From: Candidatus Poribacteria bacterium
GTDB taxonomy: Bacteria > Poribacteria > WGA-4E > WGA-3G
Length of the DNA stretch: 64,000 nucleotides
Direction of reading: 5' to 3'
Assembly: GCA_965242965.1 (NCBI GenBank)
Contig: OZ251518.1
Location: forward strand, 1,760,001-1,824,000
The number at the start of each line of letters is the position of its first letter. Within the stretch, counting starts at the first letter, position 1. Positions 19,701 through 28,485 of this stretch are shown here, piece after piece. A model generated the notes under the pieces. It had not been told where the DNA came from, did no database searches, and saw only the letters and a list, made by a program, of their open reading frames with translations. A program made the translations under genes and the position numbers.

Positions 19701-20396
19701 TACGTTACAACGCGTCAGGAAAGAGACGCGTATCTCTTGCCCGGCGTATCCGGTAAGTTCTACGGCGTGTTCATCCCAGCGGCATTCGGTTGCAACCGCC
19801 TCAAAGTCAGATACCTCCTGTCGATAAGCCTGTCGGGAGCGGGAGGGCGCGCCTATCGCATCAATTTCAATGCAGAATTGCACGCCGCCGGGTTGCCGCG
19901 CGGTGTCGTTAAACACGACACCGTCCCGCAAACCGATGCAGAAATGCAGAAAGAGTTTTTCGTCATCCGCAACGTCCGGAAGCGAGAGTGTGTAGGCAAT
20001 CCGCGCTGCGTCCATCGGCGTTGGGTGCGCGAAAAGCGCAGGCTTCGTTACACCGCCGACAGTATCCGAACTGCTAGCGGATGCATGTTCTGTCCCGAAT
20101 ACCTCGCCTTCTTCAAACATGGCGACGAAGTCATACAGCACTTCGCGCACACCGAGGGCTGGCGGTTCTTGGAGAGAGGATGCTTCTTCAATCTTATCCG
20201 AAGAGACATCTGTCTCCGCTTCTGGGGTGGCATCGGTTTCGCTTGCCGCATCGTCAGTTTCAGGTTGCGACTCCTCTTCGCGGACAGCAGCATCCGCGCC
20301 CTGGGTATTCTCAGCGTCGGGCGGCGCGGGTTCTGGCTGCGTCTCGGCAGTTTCGTCTGCATCCGTAGCCGGGAGCCGTTCAAAAACAGTCACCAT
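16788..20396 (-). CDS. Large hypothetical protein: acidic N-terminal tail, CARDB/Ig-like module, C-terminal alpha/alpha-barrel-like region (possible carbohydrate-active enzyme)
   Basis: 1202-aa ORF, AAGGA RBS; FEIQCTVQNVGDAP (Ig-like); QEPDGSW, YEITGEKAYLKRAEYWA (helical-barrel-like); function inferred. Confidence 0.7.
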   Translation of the reverse strand: MVTVFERLPATDADETAETQPEPAPPDAENTQGADAAVREEESQPETDDAASETDATPEAETDVSSDKIEEASSLQEPPALGVREVLYDFVAMFEEGEVFGTEHASASSSDTVGGVTKPALFAHPTPMDAARIAYTLSLPDVADDEKLFLHFCIGLRDGVVFNDTARQPGGVQFCIEIDAIGAPSRSRQAYRQEVSDFEAVATECRWDEHAVELTGYAGQEIRVSFLTRCNVEGNSNYAWALWGKPRLLKLTQCSFRKAKGDAEPEVFGCTALAQFADESQRLFEFDTDVSTRVSQVIAAFRAQCETETSSLQTLTLYAAQPKLEIVSIAPTAAVVTTGEDFEIQCTVQNVGDAPLGKADNARVTLSGVRLWRGRPTQNIKNVAPGEKVAVSWLVRRSSHSPKASAVLRCQTATGDTRYTASGSVDMRPPLPKLAAKAVKELHTYSQDGHLVMGNKHLRIVFVRGASGFEYYALFAVKTGTYHQVAVCPALSEVTYRDSKTETQHTFRITPSEYQLAGNNSGESIVYVMGEHTDADGVTWQYRSEWVLGENATRIRNETRLEAEQDRELLAFHGPMLYASRQGRNREKKTGALFPGLEFLDGAERSSNPRDAAPPHDNRLVPHPYKITVPVMAVEVQKCVVGIIWHPLETWDGDNHNLSAIFASPNWLHHQRNTLMGVFLPTVPEWVTENQTLATNAYRLKSGQAVSIKTELIAAGNATVLDAVTHWCDAYGTPEPLEPPRGDVEELLLSRHGFMHTTWDTETQKSRHCIDWQAHNEPGIGTLLWYDYLATEDADVKERVQHILKSTRDESGEGSLAARGTCHILRWEFPFYVGYLAAALDFMKTETLRLISEQEPDGSWRWQPTSDKTAKLGNAGDAVLGTCANAALTLLKHARITGDMTSREAGLEALGFMNRFTVPRGAQLWECPMYQPDLLAAAYALGAYVEAYEITGEKAYLKRAEYWAKAGMPFLYHWHLPDRPSMHFASIPVFGTTFYTHPWFGVPVQWNGLVFAYYLQHLARVKNATADSVQDSAQWEKIAEGITVSAMYQQWTESERKGTYPDGLYEFCTEGRGPHLNPEDIMANVYALRGLDPGVKTVITGKIHISSGAKVEGVKLAKGGKLTWNLSYAENETSWTLIAGYGRPPQGIRVRSLDIETELPAVKSLEKESGDTGSGWLYLADKDTLLIKHLHPTADVQFEFFI

Positions 20397-20421
20397 TTAT
20401 TCCTTTTCACTCCATTCTATT

Positions 20422-21600
20422 TCATCGACTGCGATAAAAGCCTCTTCGGGGAGCCCATCGATAGAGGGCATTTTCACGCCATGCCTGTTTCATCGCCTGC
20501 ATCTCTGCGTTCAATTCGGGGACAGGTGCCGCGTCCTGCATCTGCCACGCGCCCGATGCATCCTTCCGAACCGGCTGCCGTTGCGCAGCAGGCACAATGC
20601 CAAACGGACGGTGCGGCTCAACCTGATACCAATAAGCGACAGATGACATCTCATTGCTGAGGTGGTTACCGTGGCCGTGCTCAATTGTCACCCGAATTTC
20701 CTCCGCAAAACGGACAGGATTTTCGAGATGATAAACGTAGGATGTCTGGTATCCATCGGTATCGTCTTCGTGGATAGACGAACCGTTGTGCGCGAACGCA
20801 TTCTTTTGCATGCCCCACGCCTGATTCAGGTAATCTTCAGCACCTGTGCCGTGCAAATCGGGAGGCCACTTGTAGCCATCAATCCAAATCATATCGTCGC
20901 CTTCGCCCCACCACGTGTCTTGGAAGTTGGTAACAGAGAGATTGCAGCCGATGTAATGCCCCCTGCCTTCGGCGGACAAGATGAGGTAGTTATTCTCCCA
21001 CGCGAGGCGTTCAGCGTTGACGATATTCGACTCTGACGAGTTGACGCGGATTTCGTGCCCCCATCCATCGCACGGATTTTCGCGCAGGAACTGCGCATGG
21101 AAATACGCGACATCGTCGCCGTGCGGCGCAGGATACTGCTCGTAGTCAACGTAGAAGTATTGGCGGTGCGGCGTATCGCCTTCGTTGACAAGTTCGATGC
21201 GGGCAGCGCGGTTAAACGGCATTTGCAGATAGCAATTAAGCGCGCAACCAACGTTAAACGCGTTGTTCTGTCCTGTCGACGCGGAGAACGGAATAGAGTC
21301 ATAAGAGTTGACGATTTCGTTGCCGAGCCCGAAGAAGTCACCCAACGGGCACAACACACTCGGATGCTCCTCATCGTCCCAGAACATCTGAATCAGCACG
21401 TCCCGATAGCCGTTCGGCTGCGTCATCCAAATGTGGTTGATACTGCCGGGGCCTTGGATATCGGCGAGCACGCGCGTTTCACCGGGCGCGATGTCCCATG
21501 CATCGTTATTGCGTCCCGTGGTATCCCACGAGGAAGCGCGTCCAGAGCGCGCATTTTTCACACGCGTCAGCGATGATAAAAGTCCTTCAAGGTATGCCAT
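20422..21600 (-). CDS. DUF2961 / GH172-like protein
   Basis: SSWDTTGRNND, GPGSINHIW, PLGDFFG, WWGEGDD, HGTGAEDY, IEHGHGN, SSVAYWYQ. Confidence 0.88.
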   Translation of the reverse strand: MAYLEGLLSSLTRVKNARSGRASSWDTTGRNNDAWDIAPGETRVLADIQGPGSINHIWMTQPNGYRDVLIQMFWDDEEHPSVLCPLGDFFGLGNEIVNSYDSIPFSASTGQNNAFNVGCALNCYLQMPFNRAARIELVNEGDTPHRQYFYVDYEQYPAPHGDDVAYFHAQFLRENPCDGWGHEIRVNSSESNIVNAERLAWENNYLILSAEGRGHYIGCNLSVTNFQDTWWGEGDDMIWIDGYKWPPDLHGTGAEDYLNQAWGMQKNAFAHNGSSIHEDDTDGYQTSYVYHLENPVRFAEEIRVTIEHGHGNHLSNEMSSVAYWYQVEPHRPFGIVPAAQRQPVRKDASGAWQMQDAAPVPELNAEMQAMKQAWRENALYRWAPRRGFYRSR

Positions 21601-21663
21601 GTAGTTTTCATTCCTCTGTTTTCTGCTATTATAGCACACTTCGGTTAGAAAGCAAGCCTTTTT

Positions 21664-22476
21664 TTAGCCTGCTATTACCGCCTTCATTTTTTCCAAACCG
21701 ATGCGCGCCACTTCCCTCGGGTCTTCCGCCCAGTACGCCGGGTTGAACAACTCCAGTGAGATAACGCCGTGATACCCTGCGTCTTCTAAGATGGCAAGCA
21801 TTTGCCCGAGGTCCAAAATGCCATCGCCGGGATAGACTCTGTCAGCATCGGTTTGCTCTTCGCGCGCGGGGTGCGCGGGCGCGTCATTGAAATGGAACAC
21901 AGCGATTTTATCGGCGGGAATCCCACGCATATCGTCAATCTCCCCACCGCCGCGATAGAGATGAAACGGATCCAGCACAATGGTGCTATCGGGATGGTTT
22001 GCCACGCGCATCACCTCCCACGCGTGCTTGACTTTGTTGACACCGTCAACGAATCCGAGGAATTCCATTGCTGGTTTTACGCCAAATTCACGTCCAATTT
22101 CCAGCAGTTCGCGATAGTTTTCGCCGCCTAACTGCAGTTCTGCCACCTCGCGCGGGGGACTGGCGATGATGTAAGTCGCACCGATAGCGGCGGCTTGCGC
22201 CATGCGCCGTTTTGCTTCTTCGATGGCCTGCTGATGTTCGGCTCCGGTTGTATTGAGCCACCCGTGCAAAGCGATGACTGTAGGGACAGAAAGCCCCTGG
22301 TCCTCCAACGCGCTTTTGACATCGGCGAGGGAGCCGCCCTGTTCCTCGTGAGCGGTGAGATCATCGTTCCAGAGCTCAATCGCCGAGTAGCCAACTTCGC
22401 CTGCGATGCGGATTTTATCCATTAAACTCGCAGGACGAATGGTGCTGGTATTAAATCCTAACTGAAATTGTGCCAT
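21664..22476 (-). CDS. Sugar phosphate isomerase/epimerase (xylose-isomerase-like TIM barrel)
   Basis: AMEFLG, LDPFH, FHFND, RVYPGDG, SLELFN. Confidence 0.9.
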   Translation of the reverse strand: MAQFQLGFNTSTIRPASLMDKIRIAGEVGYSAIELWNDDLTAHEEQGGSLADVKSALEDQGLSVPTVIALHGWLNTTGAEHQQAIEEAKRRMAQAAAIGATYIIASPPREVAELQLGGENYRELLEIGREFGVKPAMEFLGFVDGVNKVKHAWEVMRVANHPDSTIVLDPFHLYRGGGEIDDMRGIPADKIAVFHFNDAPAHPAREEQTDADRVYPGDGILDLGQMLAILEDAGYHGVISLELFNPAYWAEDPREVARIGLEKMKAVIAG

Positions 22477-22544
22477 TTTATTCCTATTACCGGTAGGGAC
22501 GGTTTGAAACCGCGCCTACCGGGGGAGTTCTGCGTTGTGTTCAT

Positions 22545-23345
22545 CTATTTTTCCATCAATGCGCGAATGAAGCGGACATCGATGCGCGCCAGATCAATGA
22601 CACTCTCCACCGGTTCACCGCTGTATTCGCTATGGAAACTGATGGGGCCGGAAAAGTTCATCGCTGTCAGCGTATTCACGGCGGTTTCCCAATCAACGAA
22701 GCCTTTGCCCATGCGGACAACCGCGCCGCCCCGCATCCCCGGCGAACGCGCCAAGTCTTTGAATGCCATCACGGCGAGGTGCGATTTGACAATATCAAGT
22801 GCCATGTTAATCGGTTCTCCGACGATGGAGAGGTGCCCTGTGTCCGCAAAAACGCCGACGTGTTGCGCGTCAAACCCTTTGACGAGGTTCATCACGGCGC
22901 AAGAGTTGAGCCCCATGGAGGTTCCGGAGTGATTATGAATGCAGGTGCGCGGCCCGTATTTCTCCGAAAGTTTCGCGAAACCGTCCAATTGGCTGCGGAT
23001 AAAATCGACTTGGCTCCAATAGCCGTCATTCTCCGCGTGCCAGTGCCAATATCCAAGTTTGATATTTTCGACACCGGCTTCGCCTGCGGCGGCATAGACA
23101 CGAATCGTCTCCGCGTCGGTAGGTTCGAGAAAATCGCCGGGTGTCGTAATCAGCGGAATAGACAGTCCTTCAGCAGCGAACTGTTTTGCCGCTGCAGGCA
23201 GTGCTGTCGTCGCGTTTTCCGGGGTAACTGGATAGCCGGGGCGCACACAAAGATCTGCCCCTTGGACACCTACGGAGTGGAGTGCCTTGATGATATCCGG
23301 GACATCCAAACCTTGTAGGTGTTTGGTAAACATAATAAATTTCAT
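22545..23345 (-). CDS. Sugar phosphate isomerase/epimerase (TIM barrel)
   Basis: IHNHSG, DTGH, AFKD, GKGFVDW, SFHSEY. Confidence 0.88.
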   Translation of the reverse strand: MKFIMFTKHLQGLDVPDIIKALHSVGVQGADLCVRPGYPVTPENATTALPAAAKQFAAEGLSIPLITTPGDFLEPTDAETIRVYAAAGEAGVENIKLGYWHWHAENDGYWSQVDFIRSQLDGFAKLSEKYGPRTCIHNHSGTSMGLNSCAVMNLVKGFDAQHVGVFADTGHLSIVGEPINMALDIVKSHLAVMAFKDLARSPGMRGGAVVRMGKGFVDWETAVNTLTAMNFSGPISFHSEYSGEPVESVIDLARIDVRFIRALMEK

Positions 23346-23357
23346 GCGAAAACTCTC

Positions 23358-24461
23358 CTACCAATCAACGACAGCCCCATCGTCGGGATGGAATGTCTCT
23401 GGATTCCGCCAATCGTGGTAGATTTTGTCCTCAAGCGCGTCTTCATCAAGCTCGATGCCCAAACCGGGTCCCGTCGGTAATTCCACAAACCCATCTTTGA
23501 AGACAAACGGATTCTTTAAATACCCCTCGCCTAACGTGGTGTGCTCCTGCATCAAGAAATTCGGGATAGAGGCATCAAGTTGGATGCACGCCGCCAGCGA
23601 GATGGGCCCGAGGGGGTTGTGCGGGGCAATGCCGCCGTAATATGCCTCCGCCATGCCAGCGATGATGCGGACTTCGTTGATACCACCGGCGTGACACAGA
23701 TCTGGCTGCAGGATGCTCGCTGCTTGCTTCTCAAGGATTTCACGGAATCCCCACTTTGTGAACACGCGTTCGCCGGTAGCGATAGGCAAATGCGTGCCGC
23801 GCGCAATCTCCGCCAGCACATCCACGTTTTGGCACTGAATCGGCTCCTCCACGAACATCGGTTGATACGGTTCCAACGCTTTAATGAGCAACTTCGCCGT
23901 TTGCGGGCTAATCGCGCCGTGAAAGTCAATAGCAAGATCGACCTCGGGGCCGGCGGCTTCGCGCAGTGCGGCGAAATGATTCACGGCTTTGTCAACGAAC
24001 GCTTTGTTCTCAATGATACGCGCAGGCCGCCCGCCTGCGACACCGGTTTTAAAGGCGGTAAACCCTTTGTCAATCCATTCCTGAATGCCGGCCGGATCTC
24101 CACCACCTTTGTAAAGTCGGATTTTGTCGCGAGTCGGGCCACCGAAAAGTTGGTAGACAGGCACGCCGAGCGACTTTCCAGCCAGATCCCAGAGTGCTTG
24201 CTCAACGCCGCTGAGCGCGCTTGTCAGAATGGGGCCGCCGCGGTAGAAGGCGTGTCGATACATCGCCTGCCAGTGGTGGACGACGCGCCTCGGGTCTTCG
24301 CCGATGAGGTAAGGCGCGAGTTCATCGACTGCCTGCGCGCACGTTTTGGCGCGCCCCTCCAAAATCGGTTCCCCGAGCCCGACTAACCCTTCGTCCGTGT
24401 GGATTTTGAGAAAGAGCCAGCGCGGCTGCACCAGGAACGTTTCCAATTTAGTAATCTTCAT
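23358..24461 (-). CDS. dgoD: Galactonate dehydratase (enolase superfamily)
   Basis: MKITKLETF..PRWLFLKI.TDEG, FYRGGPILTSALSG, DFHG, EEP, ATGER, QPDLCHAGGI, APHNPLGP. Confidence 0.85.
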   Translation of the reverse strand: MKITKLETFLVQPRWLFLKIHTDEGLVGLGEPILEGRAKTCAQAVDELAPYLIGEDPRRVVHHWQAMYRHAFYRGGPILTSALSGVEQALWDLAGKSLGVPVYQLFGGPTRDKIRLYKGGGDPAGIQEWIDKGFTAFKTGVAGGRPARIIENKAFVDKAVNHFAALREAAGPEVDLAIDFHGAISPQTAKLLIKALEPYQPMFVEEPIQCQNVDVLAEIARGTHLPIATGERVFTKWGFREILEKQAASILQPDLCHAGGINEVRIIAGMAEAYYGGIAPHNPLGPISLAACIQLDASIPNFLMQEHTTLGEGYLKNPFVFKDGFVELPTGPGLGIELDEDALEDKIYHDWRNPETFHPDDGAVVDW

Positions 24462-24490
24462 GGAGTTCCTCAGTTTTAGGTTTATGTTTT

Positions 24491-24520
24491 ATCTTACCAT
24501 TCCTGTCACAATTTTGTCAA
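24491..24520 (-). promoter_or_regulatory. Probable sigma70 promoter of the dgoD operon
   Basis: TTGACA-18-TAAGAT on the minus strand. Confidence 0.55.
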
Positions 24521-24568
24521 TAGATTTTTTTGAAAAAAGTTGCCATTCGCAAACAAACCGAAATAACC

Positions 24569-25292
24569 GAGGGGGTTTCATATCTCGATTTCTTCCCGGT
24601 AGGAGAGACCTCGGGTCTCAATGCACACCCGTAGGAGAGACCTCCCGGTCTCGATGTTCCCGTACTCCCCTCTCTGTAGTTTGTGATCGCCTGATCACAA
24701 ACGGGTCAGGATCAGGCGATCCTGAACTACAGGGCCTGGCGCGCGGACGATGGCGAGGGACAGGCCCTCGCCCTACGGTGAGGGATGGCGTTTTTTTCGT
24801 AGCGCGGGGGCCCTCGGATGCCATACGCGCATCCGAGCGGGTTTCTCCCGCGATGGCTCAAGAACCGTTTTTTCATCGTAGCGCGGGGGACAGGCCCCCG
24901 CGATCGTTGGAGTGCGCGGACGATGGCGAGGGACAGGCCCTCGCCCTACGATGAAGGGGTGGCGTTTTTTTCCGTAGCGCGGGGGGCTCGGATGCCCCAC
25001 GCGCATCCGAGCGGGTTTCCCCCGCGATGGCTCAAGAACCGTTTTTTCATCGTAGCGTGGGGGCCTGTCCCCCGCGATCTCCATCGTCAAGAGGGAGCGT
25101 TTTAGGTCCTACGGACTCCCCTCTCTGTAGTTTGTGATCGCCTGATCACAAACGGGTCAGGATCAGGCGATCCTGACCTACAGGGCCTGGTGCGCGGACG
25201 ATGGCGAGGGCCTGTCCCTCGCCCTACGATGAAGGGGGCTTTCTCCCGCTGCCCCCGGAAGTCTCTCCTACACAGATTTATGAAACACCCCG
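24569..25292. mobile_element. MITE-like element, copy 3
   Basis: TIRs GAGGGGGTTTCATA / TATGAAACACCCCG; flanking duplication AAATAACC (24561-24568, 25293-25300); interior is a REP mosaic with internal duplications. Confidence 0.8.
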
Positions 25293-25314
25293 AAATAACC
25301 CAACTGCGCTATCC

Positions 25315-26643
25315 TCACACATACTTCCGCAAATGCACCAGCGTGCGCGCCACTGCCCCCAAATTCTCCGCTATCACCTGCTTCCCACGTTCTCCCGCCG
25401 CCGTTCGCGACTCTTCATCAGACAGCCATTCGGCAATGGCATCTGCCAACTGCGCCGCGTTCTGCACCATTTTCGCGGCACCCCTTTCTAGCAGCAGAAA
25501 CGCTTCCGCCGCGTTATGAATAGTCGGCCCGAACAAAACAGGCTTCGCCATCGCCGCGGGCTCCATCACGTTATGCACGCTGCCGTGAAAACTGCCGCCG
25601 ACGAACGCAATATCTGCTAACCGGTAAAGTTTGGCGAGATGCCCCACTGCATCGATTACAATTGTATTGACTTGTGACAAATTCGTCCCAGTTTCAAGTT
25701 CCGAAAAACAGACGTGCGTCAGTTCCCGCTCATCCAATTTGGCGCGAATTTCTGCTATCCGTTCCAGTGTCGGTTCATGCGGGACCAGAATCAGGTGTGG
25801 GACAGGCGCGCTTGCCGAGCGCGCTTGTTCCCGCAGCAGCGGATACGCCTCCAATAACACCGCTTCTTCCTCTGAATAAGTGCTACCGGCGATGAGAATC
25901 GGGCTCCTCAGCGAGGCTTGTCCGGGGAAAAATTCAGCATCGGGTTTTACCGCCATAGCACGCAGGCACACCTGTTCGTAACGGGTATCCCCAGTGACGA
26001 CAATCTGGTTTTTCGGAGGAGCGTGTTTTCCGATCGCGCACAACCGCTCAAACCGTGCCGCGTCTTCATCAGAAATAGCGCAATGTAGCGTAATATGCCG
26101 ATGCACACTTCTAAAAAACGGCTTCGCGAACGGAGTTAACCGCTTCGATTTGGCGTGCAATGTCCCTGCCACGACGACAATAGGAACGCTGCATTCGGAT
26201 GCCTTCCACACCAGATTGGGCCAAATATCGAATTTAGAAAACACGATGACAGAGGGTGTAATGAGCCGAATCAGGCGTTCCGCATTTGCAGCGGTGTCAA
26301 AAGGGAGATAAACGGCGGCATCGGCGTGCGGGTATCTGCTCACATTCGGCGCGACAGAGGGTGAGAAGAACGTTAAAACAATTCGCGTCTCGGCGTAAAT
26401 CGCCTCAATGAGCGGTTTCGCCTGTTCAAACTCACCGACAGAGGTGAAGTGAAACCATGCGGTGTGCGTGAGGTTCCGCGCGGAACGGAGTTGCGTCTCC
26501 AATTGCTCAAAGACACCTCTCCGTCCGCTGATACCTTCCCGAATTTTCGGGTTGCAATACCCCGCGGCATGAAAACCGACGAACATTGCCGGAATAGCGA
26601 GGGTGTTGTAGATAAATTGCCAGAACACGGTGTTTATGGACAT
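25315..26643 (-). CDS. waaA: 3-deoxy-D-manno-octulosonic acid (Kdo) transferase
   Basis: WFHFTSVGEFEQ, YLPFD, VTGDTRY, IAGSTY, ILVPHEP, AFVGGSF, HNVMEPA. Confidence 0.9.
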   Translation of the reverse strand: MSINTVFWQFIYNTLAIPAMFVGFHAAGYCNPKIREGISGRRGVFEQLETQLRSARNLTHTAWFHFTSVGEFEQAKPLIEAIYAETRIVLTFFSPSVAPNVSRYPHADAAVYLPFDTAANAERLIRLITPSVIVFSKFDIWPNLVWKASECSVPIVVVAGTLHAKSKRLTPFAKPFFRSVHRHITLHCAISDEDAARFERLCAIGKHAPPKNQIVVTGDTRYEQVCLRAMAVKPDAEFFPGQASLRSPILIAGSTYSEEEAVLLEAYPLLREQARSASAPVPHLILVPHEPTLERIAEIRAKLDERELTHVCFSELETGTNLSQVNTIVIDAVGHLAKLYRLADIAFVGGSFHGSVHNVMEPAAMAKPVLFGPTIHNAAEAFLLLERGAAKMVQNAAQLADAIAEWLSDEESRTAAGERGKQVIAENLGAVARTLVHLRKYV

Positions 26644-26695
26644 GACGTAGGCGAGAACTCCCGGTCTCGATGGCTCCCCGTCTAAAATGGCCGCA

Positions 26696-26743
26696 AGGAC
26701 TTACGCGGAAACGGTTCGCGGAACCCGAATCCGCGTAAGTCCT
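26696..26743. repeat. Perfect 14-bp inverted repeat (hairpin or MITE remnant)
   Basis: AGGACTTACGCGGA ... TCCGCGTAAGTCCT between trxA and waaA. Confidence 0.75.
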
Positions 26744-26750
26744 GAAGGGA

Positions 26751-27077
26751 TTAGAGCGCGTCTAAGATTTTCTCTTTCAGCGGCTCTTTCTGCATCGCGC
26801 CGACAATCTGCCCCGCCACCTTCCCGTCTTTGAAGACGAGGAGCGTCGGGATGCTCCGCACGCCGTATTGCATCGCCGACTGGCGGTTTTCATCAACGTT
26901 GAGTTTGCCGACTTTGAAGGTGTCCGCGTTTTCGGCTGCGAGCTCCTCCAAAACCGGTGCAATCATTTTGCACGGGCCGCACCATTCCGCCCAAAAGTCA
27001 ACAACGATAGGCGTGTCTGACGTAAGCACCATGCCTTCAAAGGTGTCATCCGTGATTTCAAACGTATTGGCTGACAT
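26751..27077 (-). CDS. trxA: Thioredoxin
   Basis: DFWAEWCGPCK, YGVRSIPTL. Confidence 0.97.
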   Translation of the reverse strand: MSANTFEITDDTFEGMVLTSDTPIVVDFWAEWCGPCKMIAPVLEELAAENADTFKVGKLNVDENRQSAMQYGVRSIPTLLVFKDGKVAGQIVGAMQKEPLKEKILDAL

Positions 27078-27291
27078 GAAAATTCTCCTATTTCAGTAGA
27101 CAGAATCGATTTTTAGGTGTCATCACAGCAGCGCAAGTGCTACTGAATAATACCACATTGTGTCCATTTGTCCGGACAGGTTTCTAGTTTCTGTCCGAGA
27201 AACGCGGCATCGGTTTCCAAAAACGTGGATTTCCGTTTCCGCGCGTCCATTAATTAGGATACCCTATTCCAAAAATAATTTCCACAAAAAA

Positions 27292-27320
27292 TTGACATCT
27301 AAATTATTTTGTGGTATTCT
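27292..27320 (+). promoter_or_regulatory. Sigma70-like promoter upstream of the repeat cluster
   Basis: TTGACA-17-TATTCT with an AT-rich upstream tract. Confidence 0.55.
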
Positions 27321-27328
27321 TAAGTGAG

Positions 27329-28388
27329 CGATCGCGAGGGACAGGCCCTCGCGCTACGGTAATCGGGGGATGGTTTGCTGCCCGCGAGGGACAGGCCCTC
27401 GCGCCACGTAGAAAAAACGCCGTCCCTTTACGTAGGGCGAGGGCCTGTCCCTCGCCATGCTGCGGTCTATCAAACCGCTCTTCTAGGTCCGTAGGACCTT
27501 AATGTCTATAGTTCCTCGCCCCGCGAAGACTCTTAAGGTCTGTAGGACCTTAATGTGCAGCCGCACCTCGTGGCTCGCATCCTATTAAGGACCTAAAGGA
27601 CCTTGAAAACGGGCCGACACGTGTTGCTATAGACATGCAGGACCTAAAGGACCTGAAGAGCCATTTTTTTCAAAAGAGGTTTCACCGCCGCGCGGGAGAG
27701 AATCCTGCGGATCCTATAATCTTGTGAATCCTGATTCAGACAGCTAGAGGCATCGCGAGGGACAGGCCCCCGCGCTACGGGAACCGGACGGTTTCTTCAT
27801 GCTCGCGGGGGACAGGCCCCCGCGCTACGGTATCGGAACATTTTCTTCACAAAACGGCCCCCTTCATCGTAGGGCGAGGGCCTGTCCCTCGCCATGCTGC
27901 GGGCTACCGAATGCTCGCGGGGGCCTGTCCCCCGCGCTACGGGAACGGGACGGTGTTTCATAACTCTGTAGTTCGGGAGCGCCAGATCCCGAACGGGTCA
28001 GGATCTGGCGCTCCTGAACTACAGAGGTGAGGAGGTCTGACTCTCCTACGGTTCGCCATCGGACGTTCGCGGGGGAATCGAGACCAGGAGGTCTCTCCTA
28101 CAGGACGATCGCGGGGGACAGGCCCCCGCGCTACGGTAACCGGACATCTTCTTCACAAAACGGCCCCTTTCACCGTAGGGCGAGGGCCTGTCCCTCGCCA
28201 TGCTGCGGTCTAACAAACCGCTCTTTTAGGTCCGTAAGACCTTAATGTCTATAGCAAAACGTGCTGCACCCTAGCAAGGTCCGTAGGACCTGAATGTTGC
28301 ATCGAGACCAGGAGGTCTCTCCTACCGGAAGAAATCGAGACCGGGAGGTCTCTCCTACGGGGAAGACATTAAGATATAAAACCCTCTC
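27329..28388. repeat. 1.06-kb mosaic of REP-like palindromes, the AGGTCC/GGACCT module and a degenerate MITE end
   Basis: Several families; ends in TATAAAACCCTCTC, resembling the MITE TIR. Confidence 0.85.
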
Positions 28389-28485
28389 AATTGGTTACCC
28401 CGCGAACGAAACCCCGATGCTGGCAAATTTTTGCTGGACAAAAAAATTTAAACATGATAAACTATCCGAAAAAAGGAGGACAATC

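Noticed and set aside
28294-28485. Extended N-termini in the ORF track (also 47306, 14754, 46858, 48047, 53486)
   Set aside because: Extensions run through repeats or promoters; downstream ATGs match the domain starts and mostly have RBSs
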